A stretch of DNA of 64,000 nucleotides from contig MFNL01000001.1 of the NCBI GenBank assembly GCA_001782035.1, positions 2,643 to 66,642 on the forward strand, written 5' to 3'. The DNA comes from Candidatus Levybacteria bacterium RIFCSPHIGHO2_01_FULL_37_17. GTDB lineage: Bacteria > Patescibacteriota > Microgenomatia > Levybacterales > UBA12049. Each line of letters starts with the position of its first letter. Position 1 is the stretch's first letter. Both the position numbers and the translations under genes were made by a program. This document shows, one piece after another, positions 47,635 to 57,255 of the stretch. The notes beneath the pieces were generated by a model. That model saw nothing but the letters and a program-made list of their open reading frames with translations, ran no database searches and was not told the DNA's origin.

Positions 47635-49932
47635 ATGAAGTTTTTAGTTGATTTAATTAATGGGTTATTGTATTTATTCTCGGCAGTTGGGAATTTTGTG
47701 CTGTTTTACCTTAACCTCTTTTTGTGGATATTATTAAGGCTGACTAGCCTTGCCAAAGAAATCGTTGTAAAAGCACATACAAGTTCTTTGCAGAAATATA
47801 GAGGCGTTAAGGAGGCAGTGGCTTACGGTTGGCAGAATTTAGACAAAAAAGGAAAGCTTGCGACATTCCGGTTTTTTTTATCCTATAAGTCTTTCGGGGG
47901 AAAGCTTTCCGTAAAGGAGACAAAGAAACAAAGACCGAAAAAAAAGATAAATTCAGTAACTATATATCCCGCCCCAAAAAATATTTTCTTAAAGCTAAGA
48001 TATTTTGTTTTTGGCTTTTTAATATGCTTTGTTTTTATAATGATTCCTTTAACTCTTTATTTTTTGGTAAACAGCCTACCCAATCCGAAAAGCTTACAAA
48101 ATAGAGAGATACCCCAAACAACAAAAATTTATGATAGAAATAGAAAGCTTTTATATCAAATATACGCAAATGAAAACAGAACCCTAGTTCCCCTTTCTCA
48201 AATTCCCAAAAATTTAATTAATGCAACGATTGCAATAGAGGATAAGGATTTTTATAAAAATCCGGGCTTTGATGTTGCAGCAATTGCAAGAGCGGCAATT
48301 GCAGATTTATCGGGAAAACCGATTCAGGGTGGATCAACAATAACCCAACAGTTAATAAAATCAAGCCTTCTAAATCCTGAGGTAACTATTACTAGAAAAA
48401 TAAAAGAAATTATTCTTGCCTTCTGGGCCGAGAGACTTTACAGTAAAAACGAGATTCTCGAAATGTATTTCAATCAAGTGCCATACGGCGGAACAGCCTG
48501 GGGAGTCGAAGCTGCGTCTGAGACATATTTTGGGAAAAATGTAAAAGATTTAACCATCGCTGAAGCCGCTTTTCTTGCCGGAATGCCTCAAGCGCCTACC
48601 ACTTATTCTCCCTACGGACAAAATCCTAATTTATGGAAGAGAAGACAAACAGATGTTCTTAAAAGAATGAGAGATTTGAAATATATAGACCAGCAAAAGA
48701 TGGAGGAAGCCTTAGGCGAGGAGCTTTCCTTCAAATCACCACGGACTCCAATATATGCACCTCATTTTGTCATGTACGTTAAGGATTTGCTTGTGCAAAA
48801 GTACGGTCTTCCTCTGGTTGAAAAAGGGGGATTAAATGTTATAACGACTCTTGATTTAAATACTCAAAATATGGCCCAAAATATCGTCACAGCAGAGGTT
48901 GACAATGATTGGTATTTAAACCTGACAAACGGTGCAGCTTTGGTCACAAATCCTTCAACTGGTGAAATTTTAGCAATGGTTGGCTCAAAAGACTACAATG
49001 ACCTAAATGGCGGAAATGTTAATTTAACAACTGCACTAAGACAACCAGGCTCATCTATTAAGGTCGTGACCTACTCAGCGGCACTTGAAAACGGATTTAC
49101 CGCAGCGACAATTCTTGATGATTCTCCTGTTGTATATCAGATCCCGGGTTCGGTACCTTATGCACCTGTTAACTATGATGGCGGATTCAAAGGCAAAATT
49201 CCGCTTAGAATTGCATTTGCAAATTCACTGAACGTTCCTGCTGTAAAAACCTTGGCTAAAATAGGAATTTCTACAATGGTTGATACTGCTAAGAAAATGG
49301 GAATAACGACCTGGAAATCACCTCAAAATTACGGTCTTTCACTTACTCTTGGCGCAGCAGAAGTAAAAATGACAGAACTTTCAACAGTTTATGGAACCAT
49401 TGCAAATTCAGGAGAACGAATTGACTTAAATCCGTTTCTCAAAGTAACAAACAGAAATGGCGAGATTTTTTACCAAAGCGAAGAACCGATAGGAAAAAAA
49501 GTGATTGACGAAGGAGTCGCCTACATTATTTCAAATATTTTAGCTGATAATGCTGCTCGGTCTTTAGAGTTTGGCACCAATTCTCCCCTAAATATTCCCG
49601 GGCATGTTGTATCTGTAAAAACAGGGACAACTGACAATAAAAGAGACAACTGGACTGTTGGATTTACACCCAATTTACTTGTTGCAGTTTGGGTTGGAAA
49701 CAATGACAATTCCCCTATGAGTCAGCATCTTGCATCCGGAATAACAGGTGCTGCTCCAATCTGGAATAAGATAATTACAAATCTGCTTTCAGACCAAAAA
49801 AGTGTTGCAACGGCTACGCCTTCAAATCTGATTTTAAAAAGATGTGGTGGAAGAATTGAATATTTTATAAAAGGGACTGAGAATTTATCAAACTGCGCTT
49901 TTTCTGCAACTCCGTCAGCTGCCCCTATCTAG
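47635..49932 (+). CDS. Class A penicillin-binding protein, tandem paralog
   Basis: EDKDFY, GGSTITQQ, QPGSSIK, SLN, KTGT. Confidence 0.95.
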   Translation: MKFLVDLINGLLYLFSAVGNFVLFYLNLFLWILLRLTSLAKEIVVKAHTSSLQKYRGVKEAVAYGWQNLDKKGKLATFRFFLSYKSFGGKLSVKETKKQRPKKKINSVTIYPAPKNIFLKLRYFVFGFLICFVFIMIPLTLYFLVNSLPNPKSLQNREIPQTTKIYDRNRKLLYQIYANENRTLVPLSQIPKNLINATIAIEDKDFYKNPGFDVAAIARAAIADLSGKPIQGGSTITQQLIKSSLLNPEVTITRKIKEIILAFWAERLYSKNEILEMYFNQVPYGGTAWGVEAASETYFGKNVKDLTIAEAAFLAGMPQAPTTYSPYGQNPNLWKRRQTDVLKRMRDLKYIDQQKMEEALGEELSFKSPRTPIYAPHFVMYVKDLLVQKYGLPLVEKGGLNVITTLDLNTQNMAQNIVTAEVDNDWYLNLTNGAALVTNPSTGEILAMVGSKDYNDLNGGNVNLTTALRQPGSSIKVVTYSAALENGFTAATILDDSPVVYQIPGSVPYAPVNYDGGFKGKIPLRIAFANSLNVPAVKTLAKIGISTMVDTAKKMGITTWKSPQNYGLSLTLGAAEVKMTELSTVYGTIANSGERIDLNPFLKVTNRNGEIFYQSEEPIGKKVIDEGVAYIISNILADNAARSLEFGTNSPLNIPGHVVSVKTGTTDNKRDNWTVGFTPNLLVAVWVGNNDNSPMSQHLASGITGAAPIWNKIITNLLSDQKSVATATPSNLILKRCGGRIEYFIKGTENLSNCAFSATPSAAPI

Positions 49933-50557
49933 ATTCAAGAATTTTTAATAGATTTTTATATGCCTCAAGTGGATTTTCGTCAAAAATATAACTCGTTGTA
50001 ACAAACCTTTCCGCACCCTTCTCTGCAAGTTTCAGTATATTTTCATCGTTTACGCCGCCGTCTATTTCTATGGGAATAAAAGTTTTTGCAGACAGAGAGC
50101 TTATTTTTTCAAATACTTTATCTTGAAGTTTTTGTCCAGAATCTCCTGCTTTGGTTCCCATAAGAAGAATACAATCTAAATCTTCCATATTGATCTTTAC
50201 AAAATCTATTTCTGTATCTATATCAAGCGCAAGTCCTACTTCTCCCAAAAGTTGCCCTTTTGCCACAAACTCTTCTATATTTTCCATTTTTTCAACGTGT
50301 CCAATAAATCTTTTAAAACCAGCCTCAGCAAACGGTTCTAAAAATTTAAGCGGGTTAGAAACCATTAAATGGGCTTCTAAAAAGAGCTCATCTGCGTATT
50401 TTGAGAATGGTTTTGGGTCTAAAAAAGTTTGGTTTGGGGAAAACTGTCCGTCAATTATATCAATGTGGATTGTCTTATTTAATATCCTAGCGGTTTCAAT
50501 TTTTTTCTCAATTTCAGTCCAATTTTTTTCTAAAATTCCAGGAATAATTCTATCCAT
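49925..50557 (-). CDS. rpe: Ribulose-phosphate 3-epimerase
   Basis: HIDIIDG, EAHLMV, IEIDGGV. Confidence 0.92.
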   Translation of the reverse strand: MDRIIPGILEKNWTEIEKKIETARILNKTIHIDIIDGQFSPNQTFLDPKPFSKYADELFLEAHLMVSNPLKFLEPFAEAGFKRFIGHVEKMENIEEFVAKGQLLGEVGLALDIDTEIDFVKINMEDLDCILLMGTKAGDSGQKLQDKVFEKISSLSAKTFIPIEIDGGVNDENILKLAEKGAERFVTTSYIFDENPLEAYKNLLKILESR

Positions 50558-50996
50558 TTTCAATTTCTTTAATTTTATCTATTCTTCTTTTATGTCTTTC
50601 TTCATTTGAAAATGGTGTTTCCAAAAATACTTTGACAAGTTCTATTGCTTTTTGTTCATCGACGAATTGCGAACCCAAAGCTAGCAAGTTAGCATCGTTA
50701 TCTTGTCTTGCGAGCTTAACATTCTCTGCACTGAATCCTAAAATTGCTCTAACGTTTTTAAACTTATTTGCGACTATTTCTTCTCCGCTTCCCGATTTAC
50801 CAAAGACTATTGCTTTAGAATCTGGATTCTCTGAAACTTTTTTTGCAGCAACGGAAATAAAATCGGGATAATCGTCGTTGTTGTCTTCTGCGTAATCTCC
50901 GCAATCCTCTATTTCATAACCCTGCTTATAAAGGTAAGCTGCAATTTCTTTCTTTAAAGAAAACCCTGCGTGGTCGGAGGCTAAATAAATCTTCAT
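50550..50996 (-). CDS. rpiB: Ribose-5-phosphate isomerase B
   Basis: SDHAG, DDYPD, SGSG...ANK, RHKRRI. Confidence 0.93.
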   Translation of the reverse strand: MKIYLASDHAGFSLKKEIAAYLYKQGYEIEDCGDYAEDNNDDYPDFISVAAKKVSENPDSKAIVFGKSGSGEEIVANKFKNVRAILGFSAENVKLARQDNDANLLALGSQFVDEQKAIELVKVFLETPFSNEERHKRRIDKIKEIENG

Positions 50997-51568
50997 TACT
51001 TACCTATTATAACAAGAGCGTCAGAGGAAAAACCATTGGAAAGGTTTGCGGATGTGCTTCCAACGGTATAGGTAAAACCCAAATCTTTTTTCAAAAGATT
51101 TAGAAATTCACTCTTACCTGATTTAACCAGTATGGATACATTTGCATATTCGAAATTATCGGCATTTCCTGTTCCAACAACATTATATCCAAGGTTTTTT
51201 AACGTATCTGAGCCTTTTGATGCCACCCCTGATTCACCACTTCCGTTTTGAACAGTGACAGAAAGCTCGCTTCTGTCAAGCCCTGTTTGTGTATCCACGG
51301 GGTTGATTGTGGGCTTTGGAGTTGGGGTATTTGTAGGAGTTGGTGTTGGAGAATCACTTGGGGAAGGAATTGATGTTTCAGTGGGAAAAACTGTGGGGGT
51401 TAAAACTTTGGGTTTATCATCTACGCTTTCGTTTGTTGAGCCTAGAATTTTAAAAGCAAAAAATATTAATAAAGCCAAAACGACAAGAGCTAAGTAGATA
51501 AATTTTTTGTTTATCTTTCTTTTGGGCGGGGGGAATGTTGGAACCGACTCAAGCGGTGCTTCTTCCAT
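50996..51568 (-). CDS. LytR C-terminal domain membrane protein
   Basis: TM, PT linker, VQNGSG.SG.A, GNAD, VIIGK; start uncertain (51568 or 51616). Confidence 0.85.
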   Translation of the reverse strand: MEEAPLESVPTFPPPKRKINKKFIYLALVVLALLIFFAFKILGSTNESVDDKPKVLTPTVFPTETSIPSPSDSPTPTPTNTPTPKPTINPVDTQTGLDRSELSVTVQNGSGESGVASKGSDTLKNLGYNVVGTGNADNFEYANVSILVKSGKSEFLNLLKKDLGFTYTVGSTSANLSNGFSSDALVIIGK

Positions 51569-51653
51569 ATCCTGCCTTTCAAAGAGAAGGGTATCAAAAT
51601 TTTTTCCTTTTCGCAAGGTACTATTTAAGATTCTTTGGTATAATAAGAACTCA

Positions 51654-53300
51654 ATGAAAAAAATTTTGCTCTCGTTTTTTTTATCCTTTTTTATAATATT
51701 TTTCTCTTTTATAAATGTTCCTCAGGGCTCATCAGATGAGCTAGACGATATCATTAAGCAAATAAATGAGCTAACTAATGCCTTAAACATGTCAATTAGT
51801 GCAACAAAGCCGCTTGAAGATCAAGTCAATTCAATAAAAAAAAGAGTCGCTGTAATTGAATCAGACTTAACAGTTAAAGAAAAAAGTATTAACGACGGGT
51901 ACAAAAACCTGGAAAAACAACAGGAAATTCTAAATGCAACCATCAGGGACTATTACATAAAGAGTTATTATAATTCCCCACTTTTAATTGTTCTTACCAC
52001 AAATTCTGCATCAGAGCTTACTCAGGTTTTAGGTTATCAAAGAGCAACAGCAGATAGGGACAAAGCATTAATTACTAGCCTAGTTATTTCAATATCAACT
52101 CTTGAAGAAAGAAAAAAAGCACTTGAAAGTGAAAAGAAAAGAATAGTTGTAATTAAAGACCAGCTTTCTAAAATCGTGACTGAGGCTAAAGCATATCAAG
52201 CAGATCTTTCCGGAAAAATTGCAGCATTATCTGCTAAACAGCAGGAGATTATTAATTCAAGATCAGGAACATTTACGGCAACCATAGGAGACAGTAACCT
52301 TGCAGATGATTACAACGCTTCAATTAACGGCTTTAGGGCCTCGGCTCCTGGTGGATATTTTGCAGCATTTTCGTTTGGAGCTTACACGCATAGAAAAGGG
52401 ATGAGCCAGTATGGAGCAAGGGGTAGGGCAATGAATGGACAAACTGCAAACCAAATTCTTTCAAAATATTATGGGAAAGAACCAGTAAGTAAGGATACAG
52501 GCGGCGATATAAGCGTTTCCGGTTTTGGATCGATGAATTTTGAAGACAGGTATTTAATGGGTATTGCCGAAATGCCTTCAACTTGGCACCCTGAAGCACT
52601 AAAAGCTCAAGCAATCGCTGCAAGAACTTATGCTTATAGATATAAGGTCGAGGGGAAAGAAATATGCACAACTGAAGCGTGTCAGGTGTTTTCATCTTCA
52701 AAAGCAGACAACACACCGCAGACTTGGCGCGATGCAGTAAATGCAACCCGAGGACAAGTGCTTGAAGACGTTGTAACTTACTATGCATCAACACATGGAG
52801 GCTACACCACAACAACTGGTTGGGACACAACTGATAACTCCGGTGGTTCCAATTTCATAGACAAAGCATGGGACGCAAAAGGAGGTTCTCCCTGGCTATA
52901 TAAAGCTTGGTACACGCAAGGATACAGTACAAGTTCTGACAAATGCGGCAGGTCTAATCCGTGGCTGTCTCCGGAGGAAATGGCAGACATAGTTAATGCG
53001 GCAATTGCTCTTAGAACTGGCGGTATTGATACTTCAAGAATCACTCCTGTTACAACTTCGTGTTGGGGAGGAAACCCCTACTCTATGGATGAGCTGAGGA
53101 ATTTGGTTTCTGGAAATGGTGGTATATCGCAAGCTACGTCTGTTTCTGTTTCACAAGGAGATGGAACTACCAGCAATGTTACAATAAATGGAATAAATTT
53201 TAGCGGTTCTGAATTTAAAAAAGCATTTAACTTAAGAGCGCCCGGAAGACTTTCTATTCCACAGTCAGGCTTTGCTTTTTATAACATCGAGAAAAAGTAA
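51654..53300 (+). CDS. Secreted coiled-coil plus SpoIID/LytB domain protein
   Basis: Signal peptide from ATG 51654; GMSQYGA, EMP..W..EALKAQAIAARTYA. Confidence 0.88.
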   Translation: MKKILLSFFLSFFIIFFSFINVPQGSSDELDDIIKQINELTNALNMSISATKPLEDQVNSIKKRVAVIESDLTVKEKSINDGYKNLEKQQEILNATIRDYYIKSYYNSPLLIVLTTNSASELTQVLGYQRATADRDKALITSLVISISTLEERKKALESEKKRIVVIKDQLSKIVTEAKAYQADLSGKIAALSAKQQEIINSRSGTFTATIGDSNLADDYNASINGFRASAPGGYFAAFSFGAYTHRKGMSQYGARGRAMNGQTANQILSKYYGKEPVSKDTGGDISVSGFGSMNFEDRYLMGIAEMPSTWHPEALKAQAIAARTYAYRYKVEGKEICTTEACQVFSSSKADNTPQTWRDAVNATRGQVLEDVVTYYASTHGGYTTTTGWDTTDNSGGSNFIDKAWDAKGGSPWLYKAWYTQGYSTSSDKCGRSNPWLSPEEMADIVNAAIALRTGGIDTSRITPVTTSCWGGNPYSMDELRNLVSGNGGISQATSVSVSQGDGTTSNVTINGINFSGSEFKKAFNLRAPGRLSIPQSGFAFYNIEKK

Positions 53301-53336
53301 TTGCACCCCAGATGTATAATGTACTAAATTGAAAGT

Positions 53337-53987
53337 ATGGCAGATATTTTTGTAGCTTCCAGGGAAGAAAAGAACGCTCCTGTACCTAAAATTTCTTCTG
53401 ATAAAATTGAGGCCGAAAAGAGCACTTTTGACGATAAGGTGCATTTGTTCTCCTCTTTCAGCCTAAATCCTACGGATGTTTCTTTTGAAAATCAGGAAAA
53501 AGACGAAAAAATACTTTTGTTTGTAAGAAAATCAAAAATTCTAAACCTTAAATGGATAGGAGTAGCTATCGGCTTGACTGTAGCGCCTCTTTTTATAATC
53601 TTTCTGATTGATTGGACTTTACTGCTGGGTCTTGTCTCTTTTAAATACGTCTTTTATTTTGCAGCTTTATATTTTCTTGTGGTTGTAGCATATGCGTATG
53701 TAAATTTTATTACTTGGTATTTCAATATTGCATTAATTACCAATTTAAGAGTTATTGACGTTGATTTTGCAGGATTAATTTATAAAAATATAGCAATAAC
53801 AAAATTAAGCTTGGTGCAGGACGTTAGCTCTACCCAGGTGGGAGTAGTTAGAAATATGTTTAATTACGGGGATATTTTGGTCCAAACAGCAGGGAATGTC
53901 GACAATTTTATTTTTGAGGCGGCGCCCAATCCTGAAAAGGCATCAAGAATTATTGAAAATTTAATAGGAAAGCATGGAACTGTTTAA
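53337..53987 (+). CDS. Membrane protein with bacterial PH domain
   Basis: Two TMs then ITNLRVID, FNYGDILVQTAG. Confidence 0.82.
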   Translation: MADIFVASREEKNAPVPKISSDKIEAEKSTFDDKVHLFSSFSLNPTDVSFENQEKDEKILLFVRKSKILNLKWIGVAIGLTVAPLFIIFLIDWTLLLGLVSFKYVFYFAALYFLVVVAYAYVNFITWYFNIALITNLRVIDVDFAGLIYKNIAITKLSLVQDVSSTQVGVVRNMFNYGDILVQTAGNVDNFIFEAAPNPEKASRIIENLIGKHGTV

Positions 53988-54204
53988 CTTTAACTATAGC
54001 AATATACTACTTTTTTCAACAAAAATTGTGTTTATTGTTCTTAATTTATTATTTTTAGCCTTTTTGCTCGTTGTTTATCGACAATTTAACAACATGAATA
54101 CCATTGTGCACGACATGCAAGACACCCCAATTCTTAAATCAACAATAATTACAATCTTGCTTATTGCCATTTCGCTTTTATTGACAAGCCTTGTTATACT
54201 ATAG
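53974..54204 (+). CDS. Small two-TM protein (DUF5657-like)
   Basis: F.LVV.RQ...M pattern; overlaps the upstream gene. Confidence 0.7.
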   Translation: MELFNFNYSNILLFSTKIVFIVLNLLFLAFLLVVYRQFNNMNTIVHDMQDTPILKSTIITILLIAISLLLTSLVIL

Positions 54205-54221
54205 AGGATAAAATAGAGCAA

Positions 54222-55979
54222 ATGACTACATCAAATCTTAGCTTTGCCAAGATAGTTGCAAACCCTTCCGCTTTAGGATGGTCTCAAGTTTATTCCGCAG
54301 GCAAACTTTTTGCGGCCATTTCGCTTGAAAAAAGCGAAGAGGGGCAAGAAAAAGATTACTTAAATGTCTTAGGAAAAGAAATTTTAAGCACGCTTGAGCA
54401 AGAATTTTTTACCCTTGAAACCAAAGACCAGGAATCGATAAGAACAGCAGTTATGTCCACTGCTCAAAAAATTCCCGCGGGTATAAAAGTATCTTTTATA
54501 TCCGGGGCAGTTGTTGGCAATGTTTTATACTTATATATTTTAGGCTCTGGTAAGGTAGAAATAAAAAGAGGACAAACTTTAGGCACTCTTTTGGAGGCAA
54601 AAGAAGATGAAGGTAAAGAGTTAAAGGAGGCATCGGGATTTTTACAAGACAAAGATATTGTAATTCTTGAAACTAAAGCATTCGCAGATGAAATAAATGA
54701 GTCGACGCTTCTTGAGTTTTTAGAAAAACCATCAATTGAGGAGGCTTCGGAAAATCTTGCTCCCTTAATTCATGAAAAAGAAAACCCACTTGTGTCCTCA
54801 ATTTTAGTCTTGTATAAAGAGGGCGAAGAAAACAAGGAGGAAGAGGCAATTGTTGCGCCCCTCGAAGAGCAGAAAAAAGCTGAAGAACAAAAAGAGGAAG
54901 AAAAACAACCAGATGAAGCAGAGGCAAGATCACAAACTTCCTCCTCAGTTTTTCCAAATCTAAGAAGACCTACTTTTAATCGCTCATTTAGAATTAAGGG
55001 AACAAGAAATTTAGTAATTCTCCTAATTATTGTGGTTCTTATTATTTTTGCAGCAAGCGTACTATTTGCAGTAAAAAAACAGGAAAATGATAAATTAATC
55101 GCAGCCTTTAATTCCGTTTATCCTGCAGCCGAGAAAAAATATAACGAGGGCGAAAGCTTAGTGGACCTAAACTCATCCTTGGCAAGAGACAGCTTTCTTG
55201 AAGCAAAAAAAATACTTGACGATGGAAAGTCTACATTTCCAAGCGGCTCAAGCCAATTGAAACAGATCGAAGCACTTCTTTCCAAAGTTAATTCTGCAAT
55301 TGAAGACAGCGCTAAGGCAAATATGAAAGAGGCTACCGAAGTGGCGGAATCTGAAAGTTTTTATTTAGCTACTGTAAAGGGTACAAAAGCGCTTGCTTTT
55401 GCAAAAGATGATAAAAATGTCTATTACATAACTTCGACTGGAATATTTTCCCTGCCTAACGGATCCAGCACCGAAAAAGAATTGGTTAAAAACGACAGCG
55501 ACTGGTCAAGTGTTGGAGGCTTATCAATATATAATACAAGCCCTTATGTGGTTGACAAAAGCAACGACCAAATTCTTAAGTTTTTAAACACAGGAAGTGC
55601 TTATCAAAAGTCGGAATATTTAAAAGCAGAAGTTGATTTTGCAAAAGCAGCAGCAATTACTATAGATAATAATATTTACGTGCTCCACTCAGACGGTACG
55701 GTTTCAAAATACTTTAAAGGGGAAAAAGTTGATTTTTCATTAAAAGGCTTGGATAAACCACTTAAAGGAGCAACAAGAATTTATTCAAGCCCTGACTTTG
55801 ATAACATTTATATTCTGGATAAAGGAAATGGTCGAATTGTAGTAGTGGATAAAACGGGAAGTTTTACGGCTCAATATCTGTCTAGCGTTCTGGCAAATGC
55901 AGTTGATTTTGAAGTGCTTGAGGCAGACAAAAAGGTATATATATTATCAGGCGAAAAGATTTATAAAATTGACCTCTAA
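54222..55979 (+). CDS. Membrane protein: PP2C-like N domain, TM, helical segment, beta-propeller
   Basis: GNVLYL...G.G...IKRG, SGFLQDKDIVIL; central TM; repeats YVVD, IYVL, IYILD..N.RIVV. Confidence 0.65.
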   Translation: MTTSNLSFAKIVANPSALGWSQVYSAGKLFAAISLEKSEEGQEKDYLNVLGKEILSTLEQEFFTLETKDQESIRTAVMSTAQKIPAGIKVSFISGAVVGNVLYLYILGSGKVEIKRGQTLGTLLEAKEDEGKELKEASGFLQDKDIVILETKAFADEINESTLLEFLEKPSIEEASENLAPLIHEKENPLVSSILVLYKEGEENKEEEAIVAPLEEQKKAEEQKEEEKQPDEAEARSQTSSSVFPNLRRPTFNRSFRIKGTRNLVILLIIVVLIIFAASVLFAVKKQENDKLIAAFNSVYPAAEKKYNEGESLVDLNSSLARDSFLEAKKILDDGKSTFPSGSSQLKQIEALLSKVNSAIEDSAKANMKEATEVAESESFYLATVKGTKALAFAKDDKNVYYITSTGIFSLPNGSSTEKELVKNDSDWSSVGGLSIYNTSPYVVDKSNDQILKFLNTGSAYQKSEYLKAEVDFAKAAAITIDNNIYVLHSDGTVSKYFKGEKVDFSLKGLDKPLKGATRIYSSPDFDNIYILDKGNGRIVVVDKTGSFTAQYLSSVLANAVDFEVLEADKKVYILSGEKIYKIDL

Positions 55980-56014
55980 TTTACAATTCTCCCCTTTTGT
56001 CCTATCATTGAGGG

Positions 56015-56446
56015 ATGAAAATAATAAATAGAAAAGCGTTTTTTGAATACGAAATTCTTGAAACGTTCGAGGCTGGAATTAATTTATTCGGAAATGAGGT
56101 AAAATCTGTTCGTCTTGGCAAAGCAGATTTGGCCGGCTCTTTTGTTAAAGTTATTGGTTCAGAAATATATTTGATAAATGCCAAAATTTGGGAGTATCAA
56201 CCGGGGCAAATAGAAGGATACGATGAAAGAAGGACAAGAAAACTTTTACTGCATAAAAAACAAATTATTTCCTTAAAAAGCAAGGCCGAAGGCTCGAACT
56301 TGAATTTAGTTCCAATATCAATGTATTTAAAAAACGGCTTTATAAAAGTCGAGGTTGGGTTAGGAAAAGGCAAGAAAAAGTATGAGAAGAGACAGGCTTT
56401 AAAAAGGAAAGATTTACAAAGGGATTTGGAACGCGAACTGGGTTAG
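56015..56446 (+). CDS. smpB: SsrA-binding protein
   Basis: NRKA...Y, EAGI.L.G.EVKS.R, RKLLLHK, GKGKK. Confidence 0.97.
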   Translation: MKIINRKAFFEYEILETFEAGINLFGNEVKSVRLGKADLAGSFVKVIGSEIYLINAKIWEYQPGQIEGYDERRTRKLLLHKKQIISLKSKAEGSNLNLVPISMYLKNGFIKVEVGLGKGKKKYEKRQALKRKDLQRDLERELG

Positions 56447-56730
56447 GCTTTGACTTTATTGGTAAGAGAAAAGAACGCTATTGCAAAGACAGCAAAAAGA
56501 GAAGCAAAAAACATATTCCCTAAAGCATTTGTAATTTGCCCTAAGCCATTAACTAAAACTCCGGACAATCCTCCAAAAACAGAAAAGAGAGCTACTATTA
56601 AGATGAATTTTCTTGTGGGTATATTCTTTAGCTTTTTCCAGTATCTTTTAACAAAATATGCAATCAAAGATCCAATTATTATAAATCCTAAAATGTTTCC
56701 AAATGAAAAAATTAAATATAGCCAATTCAT
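56443..56730 (-). CDS. Small three-TM membrane protein
   Basis: 95-aa hydrophobic ORF. Confidence 0.65.
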   Translation of the reverse strand: MNWLYLIFSFGNILGFIIIGSLIAYFVKRYWKKLKNIPTRKFILIVALFSVFGGLSGVLVNGLGQITNALGNMFFASLFAVFAIAFFSLTNKVKA

Positions 56731-56766
56731 TGCCTAGTTAATAAACGCAAAAAATGAAAATTAGTA

Positions 56767-56798
56767 ATAAAAAACCCCGCATTTAGCAGGGTTTTATT
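56767..56798. terminator. Intrinsic terminator downstream of tmRNA
   Basis: AAAACCCCGC-ATTTA-GCAGGGTTTT hairpin with A/T tails. Confidence 0.7.
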
Positions 56799-56800
56799 TG

Positions 56801-57163
56801 TGGAGATGTCGGGAAGTGATCCCGAGTCCAAGAAGGTATTTTTTCAAACTTCTACAAGCTTATTTTGTTATTTTTTTGATCGCCTTATTCTTTGAAAACA
56901 AACATCCATAAATAAGGTCAAGGTTATAAATTCAAAAGAGTTCTAACCATCTACTCTTTCAATTTCTCGACTAAGTTTATGCCCAAAATGTTTCATCGAG
57001 AAAAAACATTAAGGACAGCTCAACTAGTTAAGCAAAAGCAAAACGAGTTGGAGCGAATGAAGAGTTTCCTCTATCATTTATATTTTTGACTTAGTTTTAC
57101 GACTGTGAGTCTCGTCGGCTTGCAGTTTTTAAAGAACTATCTTGTCGATGCATTTGCATCCCC
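56801..57163 (-). ncRNA. ssrA: tmRNA; tag (A)DRGNSSFAPTRFAFA
   Basis: GGGGATG/CATCTCCA acceptor with G3:U, TCGAC, ATAAAT before the resume codon, tag ORF 57075-57028, near smpB. Confidence 0.92.
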
Positions 57164-57218
57164 AATGAGCGAATTCTATCATACTGATGCTCTAAAGTCA
57201 ACAACAACGTCCTATAGC

Positions 57219-57247
57219 TTGACAATTCCCATACGAAGGGCTATAAT
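57219..57247 (+). promoter_or_regulatory. Consensus sigma70 promoter
   Basis: TTGACA-17-TATAAT, ATG 8 nt downstream. Confidence 0.8.
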
Positions 57248-57255
57248 CTTTGCTC

